From: Catajapyx aquilonaris
Taxonomy: Eukaryota
Assembly: GCA_000934665.2 (NCBI GenBank)
Contig: JYFJ02003289.1
Coordinates: forward strand, 1-43,844
Direction of reading: 5' to 3'
DNA length: 43,844 bases
In this document: one piece after another, positions 25,345 to 37,310 of the stretch
How positions within the stretch are numbered: the stretch's first letter is position 1
How the letters are laid out: every line of letters starts with the position of its first letter
Translations under genes and position numbers: made by a program
The notes under the pieces: model-generated
The model's input: the letters and a program-made list of their open reading frames with translations, nothing else
Told to the model about the DNA's origin: nothing
The model's database searches: none

Positions 25345-27911
25345 ATTCTAACTATAGAGAAACTCTTTACCTTATATTAAGCCAGCGTAGCCTCAGTGTC
25401 TTCATCAATATTCCAATAACTGAAAGGAGCTTCAGAAACTGTACTAATTTTTCTTTTGCGTTTTTGTATTCACCACGAATATATGACTATCTGTGTGCAG
25501 TACTTTGCTGTAGTAGATTGCTCAAAAAGATTTAGACGATTTTGCTTGGAAAATAAATGGGTTATCGTCTGAATATTTTTGAGATATGAGCTTGTATTCA
25601 TCAAAGGCAGGATATACACCATAACCGAACCAGCAATAAAATCCAACCTACATAAATACATGAATCTTGCCCAATGGTCTCTTCTGTGTACTAATGGTAC
25701 CGTACTTTAAATATTTATAAACCAGCAGAACTGCATTAACGTTGATATTTTAAGCATTAGCAGAAGAAAAGCAAATATTATTAATTCATTGCGATCTCCC
25801 CTGCCAGATGATCCAGGGGCATATACACACGGCCCAGAGCACTCCAGCAGCAGCAGAGCAGCCTCGTCCACGAAGCAGGCGGACGTCCAAATTGTTAGTC
25901 CCCCGTCCAACATAACTCCGTTACAAGGTTTTCCCAAGAGGCACTAGGCCAAGCAGGGAAGTCAACCATGCAAGGAAAAACATGGGCCTCGGCAGTGTGT
26001 AGCTGTATATGTATACACCACAGAATAGTTAGCAAGAAGAGTTGTACGCTAAGTGCATTATGCAACCCAAGTCAGTACGAGATTACAGTGAAGGTGCTAA
26101 AATAAGAGCAGATTGCATAATTGGGGTGTACTTGAAATATTCGTTCCAAACCATTCTAGATGTTTAGCTACATTGTGTGTATACAGTGCACCTCTGCTGT
26201 GGTTGCGCTGAGAGCATCGAGAGTCCAATGTTTGAGTGCTCTCCTGTAGTTCTTGACAGCCCGTATTGTTGGCGCTAACAGTTATTGAAGAGAATTAAGG
26301 GCTCATTATTAACAAATATCAATATTCCTATAAAGTGGTTGAGAAGCCGGGGATGAAAGTACTCTTGTAACTGTTTTGACCTATAGTTGGTAATCGACTT
26401 TTTTGTTGTTGTTCAGGGATGTAATTTATTTGATGGTAGACCCGAGTGTTGGACACATTCCACTGCTTACCTCAAAGCACAGGTTGAACATGTAGTGGCC
26501 CTGCAACTACAAGCTTCCAAAACATGGCTGTAGATTACAGTTAGGGGTACTACTAAGCGCTAGAAATGATCAAGATGCTCCCAAATGCACTTCAAATATA
26601 TTTAAAACCGTAAAATTTTGACATAAAATTGTCTTTATTCATTGGCTCACAGATTTGAAGTACAGTATGTGCTACTCAGATTATGAGGAATATGCAGGCT
26701 CAATATAACGCCAAGAAATAGAAGTTAGTTACAGGTTTCCACGTCAGAAAATCAATGAGATGGGTTAGCACCGTTACCTCGGAACATGTACGTATATAGG
26801 GTTTTGTAGTGTGGAACACTGGAGTTTGAGACGGGCGGTACCGCAAGCGTCAAGTTTGCTCGCCCATCAATAATTCAAGGAGAGTTATGAAGGAGGCTGA
26901 GATGGTCGGATTGGCGGTTTCGAGCCCTCTCTACTTGCATTGGGTCCTCTGTCATTGTGCAGCCATTTGAGCAGCAAGCACCAAAGAGCACTGATTATTA
27001 ATGCATTATCCTTCTCAACTGATTGTAATGCTGCGCAGAACTGCATTAATCAAGAGCTACACTGGTATTATGCCCCGTAATATATGATGAAGACTCTTGC
27101 TTTTGCTACTACAAAGTGGTTTACTTACATTTATACGCTGGCAGCTGTATATAGGGCTGCAGAGGATTTATGCAATTACTGAAGCTGGAGATAACAAAAC
27201 CATCCTATTTTGATTAAAAATGGGAAGACTTATGAGAGGTGTTTTAACATGCGCGGAAAAAGCTAGCAGTAATAAATTAGTAATCCAGCGAAAAATGTGG
27301 GAAACTGGAACTGGCCCAAAAAAATTCCGCCATGTTTCTTTCTCTGACTTTCTCATAAATGTTTAATGAATTTTTGCGAGAAAAAAAAACAACCAGCGGC
27401 ACAGTGTCAACATATTTCTTGCACACTGCTTTTCCGAATCCCACTAGCCAGCACCGGCCTCTGGCTTAGTATGGCAGTTTAAGATTTATATTCTCCTCCA
27501 AAACCGAAACACTGCAGCACCAACCTGAGCCTCTTTGGTAATTCAATTAATCAATGTCGTTGCATCAAGTCCCCTGGGAAGCAGAACCACCGACAAAACA
27601 AGGTAATGTGCCACTACGCTCCTTTAATTGAGGACATATCCTATTCAACCCAAACTTTAATCCTAACGAGATATTGGGAAGTGGTATAGTAATTGCAAAA
27701 TTCATGACGCCACTACTCACAGCTTTGAGTACAACAGAAAGCAACCGAGCAAGAATGAGTGGTGCTCTTGGGTGTAAACGGAATGCGGTGTGCTGCTTTA
27801 AGCTTCGTTTCGCCGGGGCATCGAGTTACCGGGGATACTATTAGCTCACCGTGCGACGCTGATTGCGAACGAAACTAGATTCCAGATTGGAGGTATCGGA
27901 AAGGCCTGCCT

Positions 27912-27917
27912 TTTATT
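27912..27917 (-). promoter_or_regulatory. Possible polyadenylation signal of the JmjC gene
   Basis: AATAAA on the minus strand, about 530 nt past the stop codon. Confidence 0.3.
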
Positions 27918-28450
27918 GCTGTAATTTGATGACTAAGGAGTTCATTTTGTCAATGCTTCGTACTGATTGAACCTAAGCATGAAGATGATTACCGTTAGAG
28001 ATTTGTTTAATTCGAAGACGTAATTTAATACTCTGATATTAAGGGGTTTCTTGCGAGGGAATATAACGAAGTATCGATGGTACGTTAGCTCAAATAGAAA
28101 ATGAAGGTAGGCATAAGATATCATATACATTTTGTATTTACTGCATTGTACACACAATTACATTTACATAATGAGGGTGACAGGGGAAGGAGGGATGGTA
28201 CTTAAATATTTCCCTTCCCCTTTCACCCATTAGCGGTGTCACAGTCAGGTAGCACAATGCTGCAACACCTGTTCTCTCTTCAATCCAGAGACTCTCCATT
28301 TCTCGTCTTTCAGGTAAATAATAATAATAATAGTGGAATATTCCAACTCATTAAATAATAAAAGCACAGCCATATTTTGATTACAACCTACATAGTTGAA
28401 AAATTGTGAGTCTCTGCTGTGACGACGCGCATGACGATACTGCTGCATCC

Positions 28451-28536
28451 TCAGTCGAATTCGGATCCGATAGTAATGCTCATCTCATCCGACACAATAA
28501 CAGTCTCATGGTACCATCGGTTAGTGTCCAGAACAA
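28451..28536 (-). CDS. JmjC/cupin-like oxygenase, terminal exon
   Basis: tttcag|TT GTT CTG...TTC GAC TGA. Encodes (I)VLDTNRWYHETVIVSDEMSITIGSEFD*; WYH supplies the distal His. 86 nt with phase-1 entry, matching the previous exon. Confidence 0.9.
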
Positions 28537-29559
28537 CTGAAAGTGGAAATGACACATTTGGTAGGCTATGAATGCACGAAATAGATTACAAAATTGTCAA
28601 TGCCCTTTTAAATATCTCATCACTTGTAATGAAATACATCGCACTAAATCCCGAATCAATACAATTTTTGTCGCTTAATAGCCATTCGATCGGAACCGCA
28701 ATAGTTAACCGGAGTGGAAACTGCGAGGCAAGTACTATAGCAACGGTCATTTATTGCATTTTTATGACACAAGTGCACTGTATTCCCCGGGCGCATTTTG
28801 TCCGTGGTTCCAATCAGAGCAACTGTCACGACCACAACTCGAGGTTTGATGAGCCCCCGTATAGGATTTTCTGGCTTGTTGAAGCCCAGGCTTATTCCGA
28901 ACTATGGCAAATCCTCCACCTCGGGAAATAGCAAAGTCGGACCAACCGTTACCTCAAAAGCCCTCTTTAGGTGGGGAGGACTTTCCAGATAAGATAGTCA
29001 TTTCCGGTTCAAACAAGCCTTGAGAGAGACTCTCCGTTCGGGAATTTCGACCTTTCCTTCGAACTACGAGAATCATTGAAGTGCCCTCCAATTCTAGAAG
29101 CCGAGGGTGGCTGATCAGAACTCGATGTAATCAATGGGCAATTTAAAAACTAAGTTTGAAGACCAATTTATTGGGGATTGCTTAGTGCACGACCAGATAT
29201 AACGTGGCAAAACAACAGATTTAACTGAAATCACATTTTCTTAAACATCACAATAATTTAAATGTTATTGCGGATTGTGACAGTCCCTCAGACGATCCCC
29301 AATTAATAATGGAAACTCTCGTGATACCATATGCGAAAAAAATATGCATAGGTAGCATGCACATTGTGTATTCGTTGTAAAGTTTGATCGATTGCATATA
29401 CTGCAGTGATCATTATGCGAGCAGAATTAGGCTTGAGAATTGATACTCTCTGCAAACCATTTTATGCTGGGAGTATGCATTCAGCACGCAGAATTTCCCA
29501 TTAGTAACTTGGCTGACTCACTGGTGTATTGTCAAATGAACATATGTCGACTGAAAGTA

Positions 29560-29691
29560 CTATCTCTTTAAAAAAATTGCGCGAAACGTGCCCTGGTGCT
29601 ATAAAACCATCTATGCTAGTGTTTTTTTTTGCATATAAGTCACATTATTTTGCAGAGTGTACACTTTGACCGAAACTTTTTTGAGAGATAG
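29560..29691. mobile_element. Small decayed MITE with TA flanks
   Basis: TA-CTATCTCTTTAAAAAAATTGCG ... CGAAACTTTTTTGAGAGATAG-TA imperfect terminal inverted repeats. Confidence 0.55.
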
Positions 29692-30663
29692 TACTACATT
29701 ATACACATTCGGCGGTATACAGTACTAGGCGAGAGTACAGGGTGCTTCGTATCAAATACTATGTGATGCAGTAAAATTTTACGTTACGTGTTTCCCCTCA
29801 AACTATAAAACTCTTGTGTTCGGACTTTTGAAGTGCTTAATAAGGCATGTAATTGGCAGACAAAACGTAAACATTTCATGTGCTGATCCAACTAAGCGTT
29901 ACTTGTTTGTTTTTAGCAATCAATACCAGCATAAAATGCTGTGTAATGTGAAAATTCACCACACACATTTCCCTCGAACAAGCTGCTAAAAACGGTACTG
30001 ACTTCTCTCTTCCCACTGTAATAATTCCCCTGCCTCTTTCCATATATAGAAAGTTACAAATCTCTCCTGAAGTTATTATACAGTATATTAGGCCTGCATT
30101 AACTAGAACAATTTTAATCCACCGAGTGGAAGTATAGCAACAAAGTGCAAAATGTGTACGCTTATGGCTTACTGTAGTAATACACTTATGCGAGACATAC
30201 GAGAGAAACCGACCAGTATGCGGTATACATGGCAAGAGGCGTCAATATCGAGTGTCACAGTGGGGCTATTACAAAAGTCGTTACTTCGGCCATTCGCGAA
30301 ACTGATCTGGTATGTAAGCCTGTCCGAGCTTGTAAAATGCGCCGCAAAATGGCCAGCATTAGACTTTCCATATGGCTAACAACAGCCAGGCACCTGCTTA
30401 GTTATGCGTCCATGTTTCCATTTAACGAGTCCCTAAAATAGTATAATTATGGCTAACAACTATGCGGGGACAGAAATTATCGCCGAGTTTCCATGCTGAA
30501 GTTAGGCGATGATCAGAGCGCCAACTACACTCTTCAAAACCAACATCCCTATACAGTGACTATGTGATAGATGTTACTGATTCTAGGATATGCTATTATT
30601 CTACGAGGTTAATGCTAGTGAAATGATAGATTTATTATTGCACCGGAATACACGTGATGTGTA

Positions 30664-30876
30664 CAGTCGGCTAAAGGAGTATGTTACCAGACCCCTAACC
30701 TAGAAATTAGCCTCCAACAGAGGTGCTGCCTAGGGGAGTGAGATTTATTGTATCAGGGGGAAGCAGCACCTCTGTTCTTCCCCCTGATACAATAAATCTC
30801 ACTCCCCTAGGCAGCACCTCTGTTGGAGGCTAATTTCTAGGTTAGGGGTCTGGTAACATACTCCTTTAACCGACTG
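30664..30876. mobile_element. Fold-back/palindromic MITE, 213 bp
   Basis: 100-bp arms (30664-30763 and 30777-30876) with one mismatch and a 13-nt spacer. CAGTCGG termini preceded by TA on the left (Tc1/mariner-like); the right flank is ACAGTA. Confidence 0.85.
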
Positions 30877-30905
30877 ACAGTATTGTACACAATAGCGTAC
30901 GATCA

Positions 30906-30984
30906 TTCTGTCGTGTATCCTGTGAATGCAGCTACACTTCATACGGTTGTGCAGGTTGTGGCACTCACAGGATACACTACAGAA
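30906..30984. repeat. 79-nt inverted repeat (hairpin)
   Basis: 24-nt arms TTCTGTCGTGTATCCTGTGAATGC and GCACTCACAGGATACACTACAGAA, 2 differences, 31-nt spacer. Confidence 0.8.
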
Positions 30985-31024
30985 CTGGCCGATGGCATTA
31001 ATATGAAGAAGTGTGTGTACTTAC

Positions 31025-31154
31025 TTATCTCACCAGATTCAACAGTCACTTCCAGTTTTTGGCATTGATAGTAACACTCTGGGGGAGGTCGCAGGGACCA
31101 TCTTTTTCGGCCAGTGATCTGTGCCTGCCATGATGGATTGAACACGTGGTCAAT
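31025..31154 (-). CDS. JmjC/cupin-like oxygenase, fourth exon found
   Basis: ctgcag|ATT GAC...ATA A|gtaagt. Encodes IDHVFNPSWQAQITGRKRWSLRPPPECYYQCQKLEVTVESGEI, which completes H-I-D and carries the W..Q..G.K.W.L.PP JmjC motif. 130 nt, phase 0 to 1. Confidence 0.92.
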
Positions 31155-31299
31155 CTGCAGAAGGAAAAGTCAACAATGTATATTGCACTACATCAGTACA
31201 ATCGTACAGTGCCCGTACCACATTTTTCTCCCTCTAAATATCGCTTCATAACTGACGAACATTCATTGTGGTCTCTGAAATATTTGAGCCAGCATGACG

Positions 31300-31610
31300 A
31301 TTCCCTGGTTTGAAAAGGGCTCGGCACGTCCCACGAGTCAAAAGAGTGAATATTGACTGAGCTTTTTAGGAAGCCTAGAGGGGCCTGTGAGTTCGATCGG
31401 TCAGAACTCCAAAAAGTTTTTTTTTTCTCAGTCAGGATGACGGATTCGCAGTCGTAATGGATTTGGGGACATAAACCTCCATCGCCACTCTCAAACACAC
31501 TCCACTTTGCGATGTACCTTCCACTCCAGATATTGCACCAGTTTGATGGAAAAAATAGTTGGAAGTGATAGGCACGCTTTCCCTCCATGGTGAAAACAGG
31601 AACCGGCATT
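31300..31610 (-). mobile_element. Second decayed copy of the 4380-4620 repeat
   Basis: Shared DNA blocks in the same orientation as the 4.4-kb copy. Confidence 0.4.
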
Positions 31611-32960
31611 AGAGCAGCACTATCATATTACAAAAAACTGTATGGATAGTGACACTTTAATATCACAGCAGGTACAACATTAATCTAATCTTAACATGGT
31701 TTAATGTTGAGACACCGTGACGACAGCTAGCTAATGCGGGTATTGTAAGTTTATTAAAGTGATAGCCTGGCTAAATTCCCTAGAAGCCAGTATCAGCCTT
31801 TCCACCAAATTAAACCAATTCGCATTAAGCGCTGCGGAAAATAATTGGACGACTGTTTCCAAGCAACTTCAGCACAAAGCCGTGGGAATGAGACGGAAAA
31901 AGAGAACACGGTCTAAGAACACTGGCTCAGATTGTGCTTAGTAAGGGTCTCCATTACCCGCATCCAGCACTTGTGATTACCACATGAAAGTCGTTTTCTT
32001 TTCTTATCAGCATCCTTAACTCTCTGGCAAAATAACAGGGTGTTTCTTATCGCCCTCCGTAAAGAACTTTATTGGAGCAAGGATAACGTTAATCAGAATG
32101 GTTAAAGCGCTTGAGAGGTAATCGGGAATTGAGTTTTCAAAAGCGCCGGATAGGTTGCAGGTAATGACCGTTTTTTGTCGTTTGGAGGCGTATTAATTTT
32201 TTTAGTACTCCATAAAAATCATAATTAAACCCTACTAATTTCATAGGCCGAATGTAATACAAAGTGACTCCATCATTCTGTAAATATGAAAACTTGTCTA
32301 ATTTTTTTTCTGCTTTTTATTTGCACACAGGACACGGTAACTGAACAAACATGTGTCCAGAGAGATATAAGTGGCGATGAGGTTGAGCGACCAACTACAT
32401 ATCTAGGACTCATGTGTGCTGGACGACTCACTCGGCAGTATATTAACCTGCTGCATAAACCGCCAGCAGCACATATTATGATGAGAGCAATAAAATTATA
32501 ATAAACGCACAATTTGAATACCGTCATTAGTTCAAAAGTAATACAATTAAAATATTTTCAGCTTCGCACTAAATAAATTGGTACTATTAATGTCAACAGT
32601 CACTACATGCACGGTTTATGGTAATTAATAATGAAACGTTACACCATTTATTTGGCACTAAAATCCCGGATGATCATGAAGACCATATTAATTTGTTGTT
32701 TCATTGTCTATACCACTCTAGAATAATTTTATGTTGTGATGAAAATCATTTTGCCATGCTGCACAGAGTATCGGCAGTTATTGTTATAAACAAAATAATC
32801 CACAATTTTCTAGCTCTACATACTTTCTCTTAGTGCACGTCACTAATGTAACGGTGAAGTCGTTCTGGCGGAAGGGAGTCGCGGATTATTCTCCCATCCA
32901 ATCTTCCTGGGGACGCGTCTAGAGGTCTACCGGCATTTAAACTACAAACTGTACTATTGT

Positions 32961-32978
32961 CCCCCCCCCCCNCCCCCC
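32961..32978. repeat. Poly-C tract containing an ambiguous base (n at 32972)
   Basis: Directly visible. Confidence 0.9.
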
Positions 32979-33859
32979 TTTCTGTCTTGCAACTCCCATA
33001 AATGCAACGAATCTCGCGTAAAAGTGTAGCTTCTACCCACGCGTGAAAACAAGCTAAAGCCAGTAACAGAGCCAGTAACTTTAAATGTCTGTTAGGCCAG
33101 CTCTGTCGGCTTTGGGTTGAGCCTTTGATAGTTTACATGATGGTAGTATACTAGTAGCATACTACAGAATTTATTCTCATGCATTAAAGAAAAGCGACTA
33201 ATCGGATATAGAAGGGCTTCAATTGAATAACCATTGGCAGTTCTCAATTAGCAAGTAAATGCGATTTTATATCTTTTTGGAAACGTGAATTAAATTTTAT
33301 ATAGCACCTGGATAACTATCGGTCGTCTCATTGTTAATTTCACAAATAACTATCACATTTTGCAGGACATCCCCAAACTTTTCCCAATTTTGAGAGTTAA
33401 TTTCAGAACTTGTAACGTTTTGTTGGAAGTAATTACTTGAGAAAATATTGCTTTATCATTTTGTTCCTTATCTTAATTAATTTTGTCTAATAGTCTTGGG
33501 CTGCAGACAGCTTTTATAAAAAGAACTAATATTGTACATGGTATTTCCATAATTAAATGAACTGGAAAAGTGGGGTAGACACTAAAGCAGGACATTTTGT
33601 AACCTCGTGTGACCTCCACCCTCGGTAAATATGTTTTCACTGATCCATCTTCATTTGAATGACAGAATAATAAATCCATCTGACTCATGTGCCGTAATAT
33701 AATTACACAAACAACATGCAAAATACGAATCGTAAAATGAATTTGTAACGCACAAACACCACCGCAACAATGTAGCAAAAACTCTATAAGTTTTTAATTG
33801 AAAAGTCCAAACTGCGTCTCTCTGACAGGCACTTTCCCACGTGCAAACACCCAACTTAC

Positions 33860-33995
33860 ATGCATTTTGGCTCCATACCCCGGGCTCCCCATAAATATCC
33901 AGTCTGCATGCGTCGATTCCGACGACTCCGGCAGGAAATATGGCCGTTGGTAATGTTGACGCAGCACAGCGCTCGCAGATGCATCACAGTTGCTC
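33860..33995 (-). CDS. JmjC/cupin-like oxygenase, third exon found
   Basis: tttcag|G AGC AAC...ATG CAT|gtaagt. Encodes SNCDASASAVLRQHYQRPYFLPESSESTHADWIFMGSPGYGAKMH, containing the PYFL and WIFMG..G.GA..H JmjC motifs. 136 nt, phase 2 to 0. Confidence 0.92.
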
Positions 33996-34964
33996 CTGAA
34001 ATGAAATCGCATCAATTGTTTACTTATCACCTGATTACATATTGACCCTGCATCCACAAATATCGCTTCTAGCAGCAGCGCCGTATCGCACTCGCCTCAT
34101 CCATCGCCCAGCCAAAAAAGTCGTTTCACTTTCTTAGTGTTACCCCATCCGGAAGATCATTGAAAAGATAAATGGTGCCTGTCAAGCTGTGCAATGGGTG
34201 TCATCTGCGGGATGAATACTACAGCAGAATATCGACATAAATTTTACCTTCTAGTAGCCATGACTATCTCGCGTCACACGTTTTAACTCTAATATCGCAC
34301 AACGTGTTGGGATTCAGATATCGCGTGTTCCGGAGACAAGGATAGAATTTTTAACAAGTTTTTGATATCAAACATAACGTGCCTGCAGGGAAAACGTGAC
34401 ATTACAAAAGTGGATGTAATTTATTGCGAAAGGCGCGTAAATGATTTGCTAACATGTTGTGCTGACAGCTAATATCACGCTTCAGTTGGCACGATTCATT
34501 ATCAACATAATTTACGAGCAGTTATATTGTAGCGTGCGATATTAATGTCGGTAGCGTCTTCTGGTCATTATTTGTCCAAAACATTGAGTGGCATCGTGTG
34601 AAAAAAGTACGTTATTATTGTCCGTTATTCGTGTCATCGGTTCATCTGGAGTTCCATAGTGTTGAAAGCACGTGATCGGTTTATTCTCATGTTAAACTTG
34701 TTGCGCCAAATCGATTCAGTCAGGTTTCTCTCGCCACTAATTCCATTTCCTTCAGATAATTGGAGAGCTGTCGAATTACAGGGGGCTTGTTCTGAATTCA
34801 GGACGCGTTTTAAGGCTATTAAACTCCGGGAGCGTATCACATAAGAGGCCTATCCGTAGTTTATTTGAAATCATGAGACGCGACATGCATAACAACTCCA
34901 AATTAAATGCAAATGTGCTTAGAATTGCAGTGCTTTATATGGCTTTTTAGCAATGTCTTTTCTG

Positions 34965-35035
34965 CCACCTCTGGCTTCGCCTCGAGTGAGATTTCAGTTA
35001 AACTAACCACCCGGGGGCAATTGCACAAAATGACC
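34965..35035 (+). repeat. Diverged fragment of the 19991 SINE body
   Basis: CACCTCTGGCTTCGCCTCGAGTG...ACTAACCACCCGGGGG...AAAATG matches about 20098-20165. Confidence 0.6.
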
Positions 35036-35149
35036 CAGGCCGGACCAGGACGTTTAACTAAAAGGTTTCCTTGCACAGACCATAGAAGATCCAATGCAGA
35101 TCATGATAAAATCTCCCAGTAGGTCAGCCCTACCTTATTTATTTTATTT

Positions 35150-35640
35150 ATTTTAAAGTTTAGCTTCAAAAGCAAAGTACAGCAGCTTTTTCCCCTTGTA
35201 ATATTTTGCTTGGGGGTTACAAAACTTCTGGTTTAAATTTTGAGTGAACTTTTGAGGCCATGGTGCAATCTGGCGTAAGCAATCCCCGGTAAAAAGTTGT
35301 CCGGGATATAATTTCACAGCTGATGCCGTGGAGAGCGGGCAAATCGGATGCAGAAATCCCAAGTTTCGCTTCTGGGAAGAAGCAACTTTGAGGCACTTGT
35401 GGGACTTGCTCCAAACTCCATTGCCAAGGATTTATATCTCCAGGGCTTCCTCGCAGTTGCAGTGTTGACACGGAATCTACGCCGAGGACACAAAGTAAAT
35501 ATGGCCAACTCCTTCAGGAATGAAATGTCACGGTTCTCGGAAAAATTCGACCTATCTTGGGGAATGATTTTTTTCATCTCCGCTAGGATCCACAAAGGAA
35601 TCAAACTTGGGATCTTGGCATTTTTCCTGCCTCCCTAGTA
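35150..35640 (-). mobile_element. Decayed LINE ORF2 fragment, same family as 12600-13130
   Basis: WSKSHKCLKVASSQKRNLGFLHPICPLSTASAVKLY resembles the post-RT W..H...KA.RNLGFL...KLY motif; DNA repeat of the 12.7-kb copy. Confidence 0.55.
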
Positions 35641-37041
35641 CAAGACATGCAAATTACATTTGTGAGTCCTATAGCTCTCCACGTTATTACTTTTGTGTTA
35701 GGGGGGTATGCACAAAAACTGACGTCAATATCGAGCGACGCAGGCTAAAACCGGATAAAAGTCGCTCACTCGTGTCAATAAAATACATCAAAAGGTGTAC
35801 CGTAATTCTTCTTTTAAAATGCTGGATATTAACTGAAACACTCTTTTATTATTGCATAGCACTAACACGGTTGCTTTTTGGTTCGAAGGAATATTTTTCC
35901 TATAAAATGTAGCAAGTGATGACTTGGATGCATATATTGTAGTGCTACAAAAGCATCCAACCTTTTTCAATCCCATCAGCTCATTGACAACAATACCCTT
36001 CTTTTCTTATCGCCAGTGACCAGCTGCAGTGCCTCGTAGGATTTACTTTCTTAGAAAAACATGCTATAAGCTCAACAATGCGTACTCCAGCCAAAGTGCT
36101 ATCAGGTGGAAACAGGACAACTTTTCGCATCCCTGTTGCACCCGCTGAACTTGCGCAGAAGTCCAGCTACATGACTGACATCCCCTGGCACATCAAAAAG
36201 TTCCTAACCTAACCAACCGAAGCATGAGGGCTGGCGGTGGTGGGATGAAAATGACGCCATCATCCCTTTCCTTGTCCCTCCTGTGGTCTCAGAGTCGCTT
36301 GGGTAAGCCAGATGCTCGTGTCAGGTCATAGAAAATGTCAGGCTGGGCCTAATATTCAGACCTCTTGGGTATTAGAGGAGCCTGATTATTATGGATGATG
36401 CGCAATGAAGCTTCTTTGGCCTTGCTGCGAGTGAAGCTAAAACAATGAAGGAGCTGGCCGATATTATTGCTCGCATCGCTGAGCAAGCTTAAAAATAATG
36501 ATCACAAAAACTGGGAAAGTCGCCTGCAGCTGGCAGAGAAAACGCGATCAATTTTAAGGGCAGCCCGAATAAAACGACGGAGCTAAATAAGGCGGAAGAA
36601 ATATACCCATCGCCCTTGCACCCTCGCAAATTAGAGGTCCACCATACGTAGGAACTCAGCTTGTGACGTGGGTATACATGCGTTATTGTAGTACAGTACG
36701 TCATCTTTCATCCGCTTTTCAGACATCCGGTCTCCTACTGCCGTGGTACTAAAATGAAGGGCTACTTAGGTGGTTCTGTATATAGCTATATCACCTTGGT
36801 GACCCGAGGCCCTGAGCATTTGTCGTGAAGCTTGCTTTTCTTCAAATATCCTATCACAACCGCGGCTTATGACGAAGAACTTACTGCAGAAAAGGAGCTG
36901 CTTCCAATCTCCTGCACATATCTGTGAATGGCCTCTAAAATCGCTCGAGAAAATAATATATTTCTTTGTCGAACTCTCTTCGGTTTGTCAAAATAACTTA
37001 TCAGAGCCTATCTCTAACCAATTCCAGGCAGACTTTTATAT

Positions 37042-37042
<1 letters not shown>

Positions 37043-37072
<30 letters not shown>

Positions 37073-37310
37073 TTCTTATTTATACCCCATTGGGAGAATC
37101 GGCGCTCCATTAGGTGGGTGGGGCCAAGGATATAGGGAAGGAAGGAAGCGGCTGTGGCCTATTATACGGAAACATCCCCGGAATTATCCTGGGGGGACCG
37201 TGTAAAACCACAGAAAACTACGGTCAGGGTTGCCGGCCCCGGGATTCGAACCCAGGACCTCCCGATTAGCAGTCGGGCACTACACCAACTTGCTTGGGTG
37301 TGGGTGGCAC
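37043..37310 (-). mobile_element. tRNA-derived SINE (second family) with (AAAT)n tail
   Basis: Minus-strand B box GGTTCGAATCC at 37242-37252; tRNA-like head; (TTTA)n on + at about 37041-37073; TSD ACTTTTATATT at 37032-37042 and 37311-37321 (16 bp if one mismatch is allowed). Confidence 0.9.

Noticed and set aside
30713..30729. CTCF-like motif CCAACAGAGGTGCTGC in the fold-back arms
   Set aside because: Departs from the core AG(A/G)(G/T)GGC; cannot be supported without a PWM scan or ChIP data.
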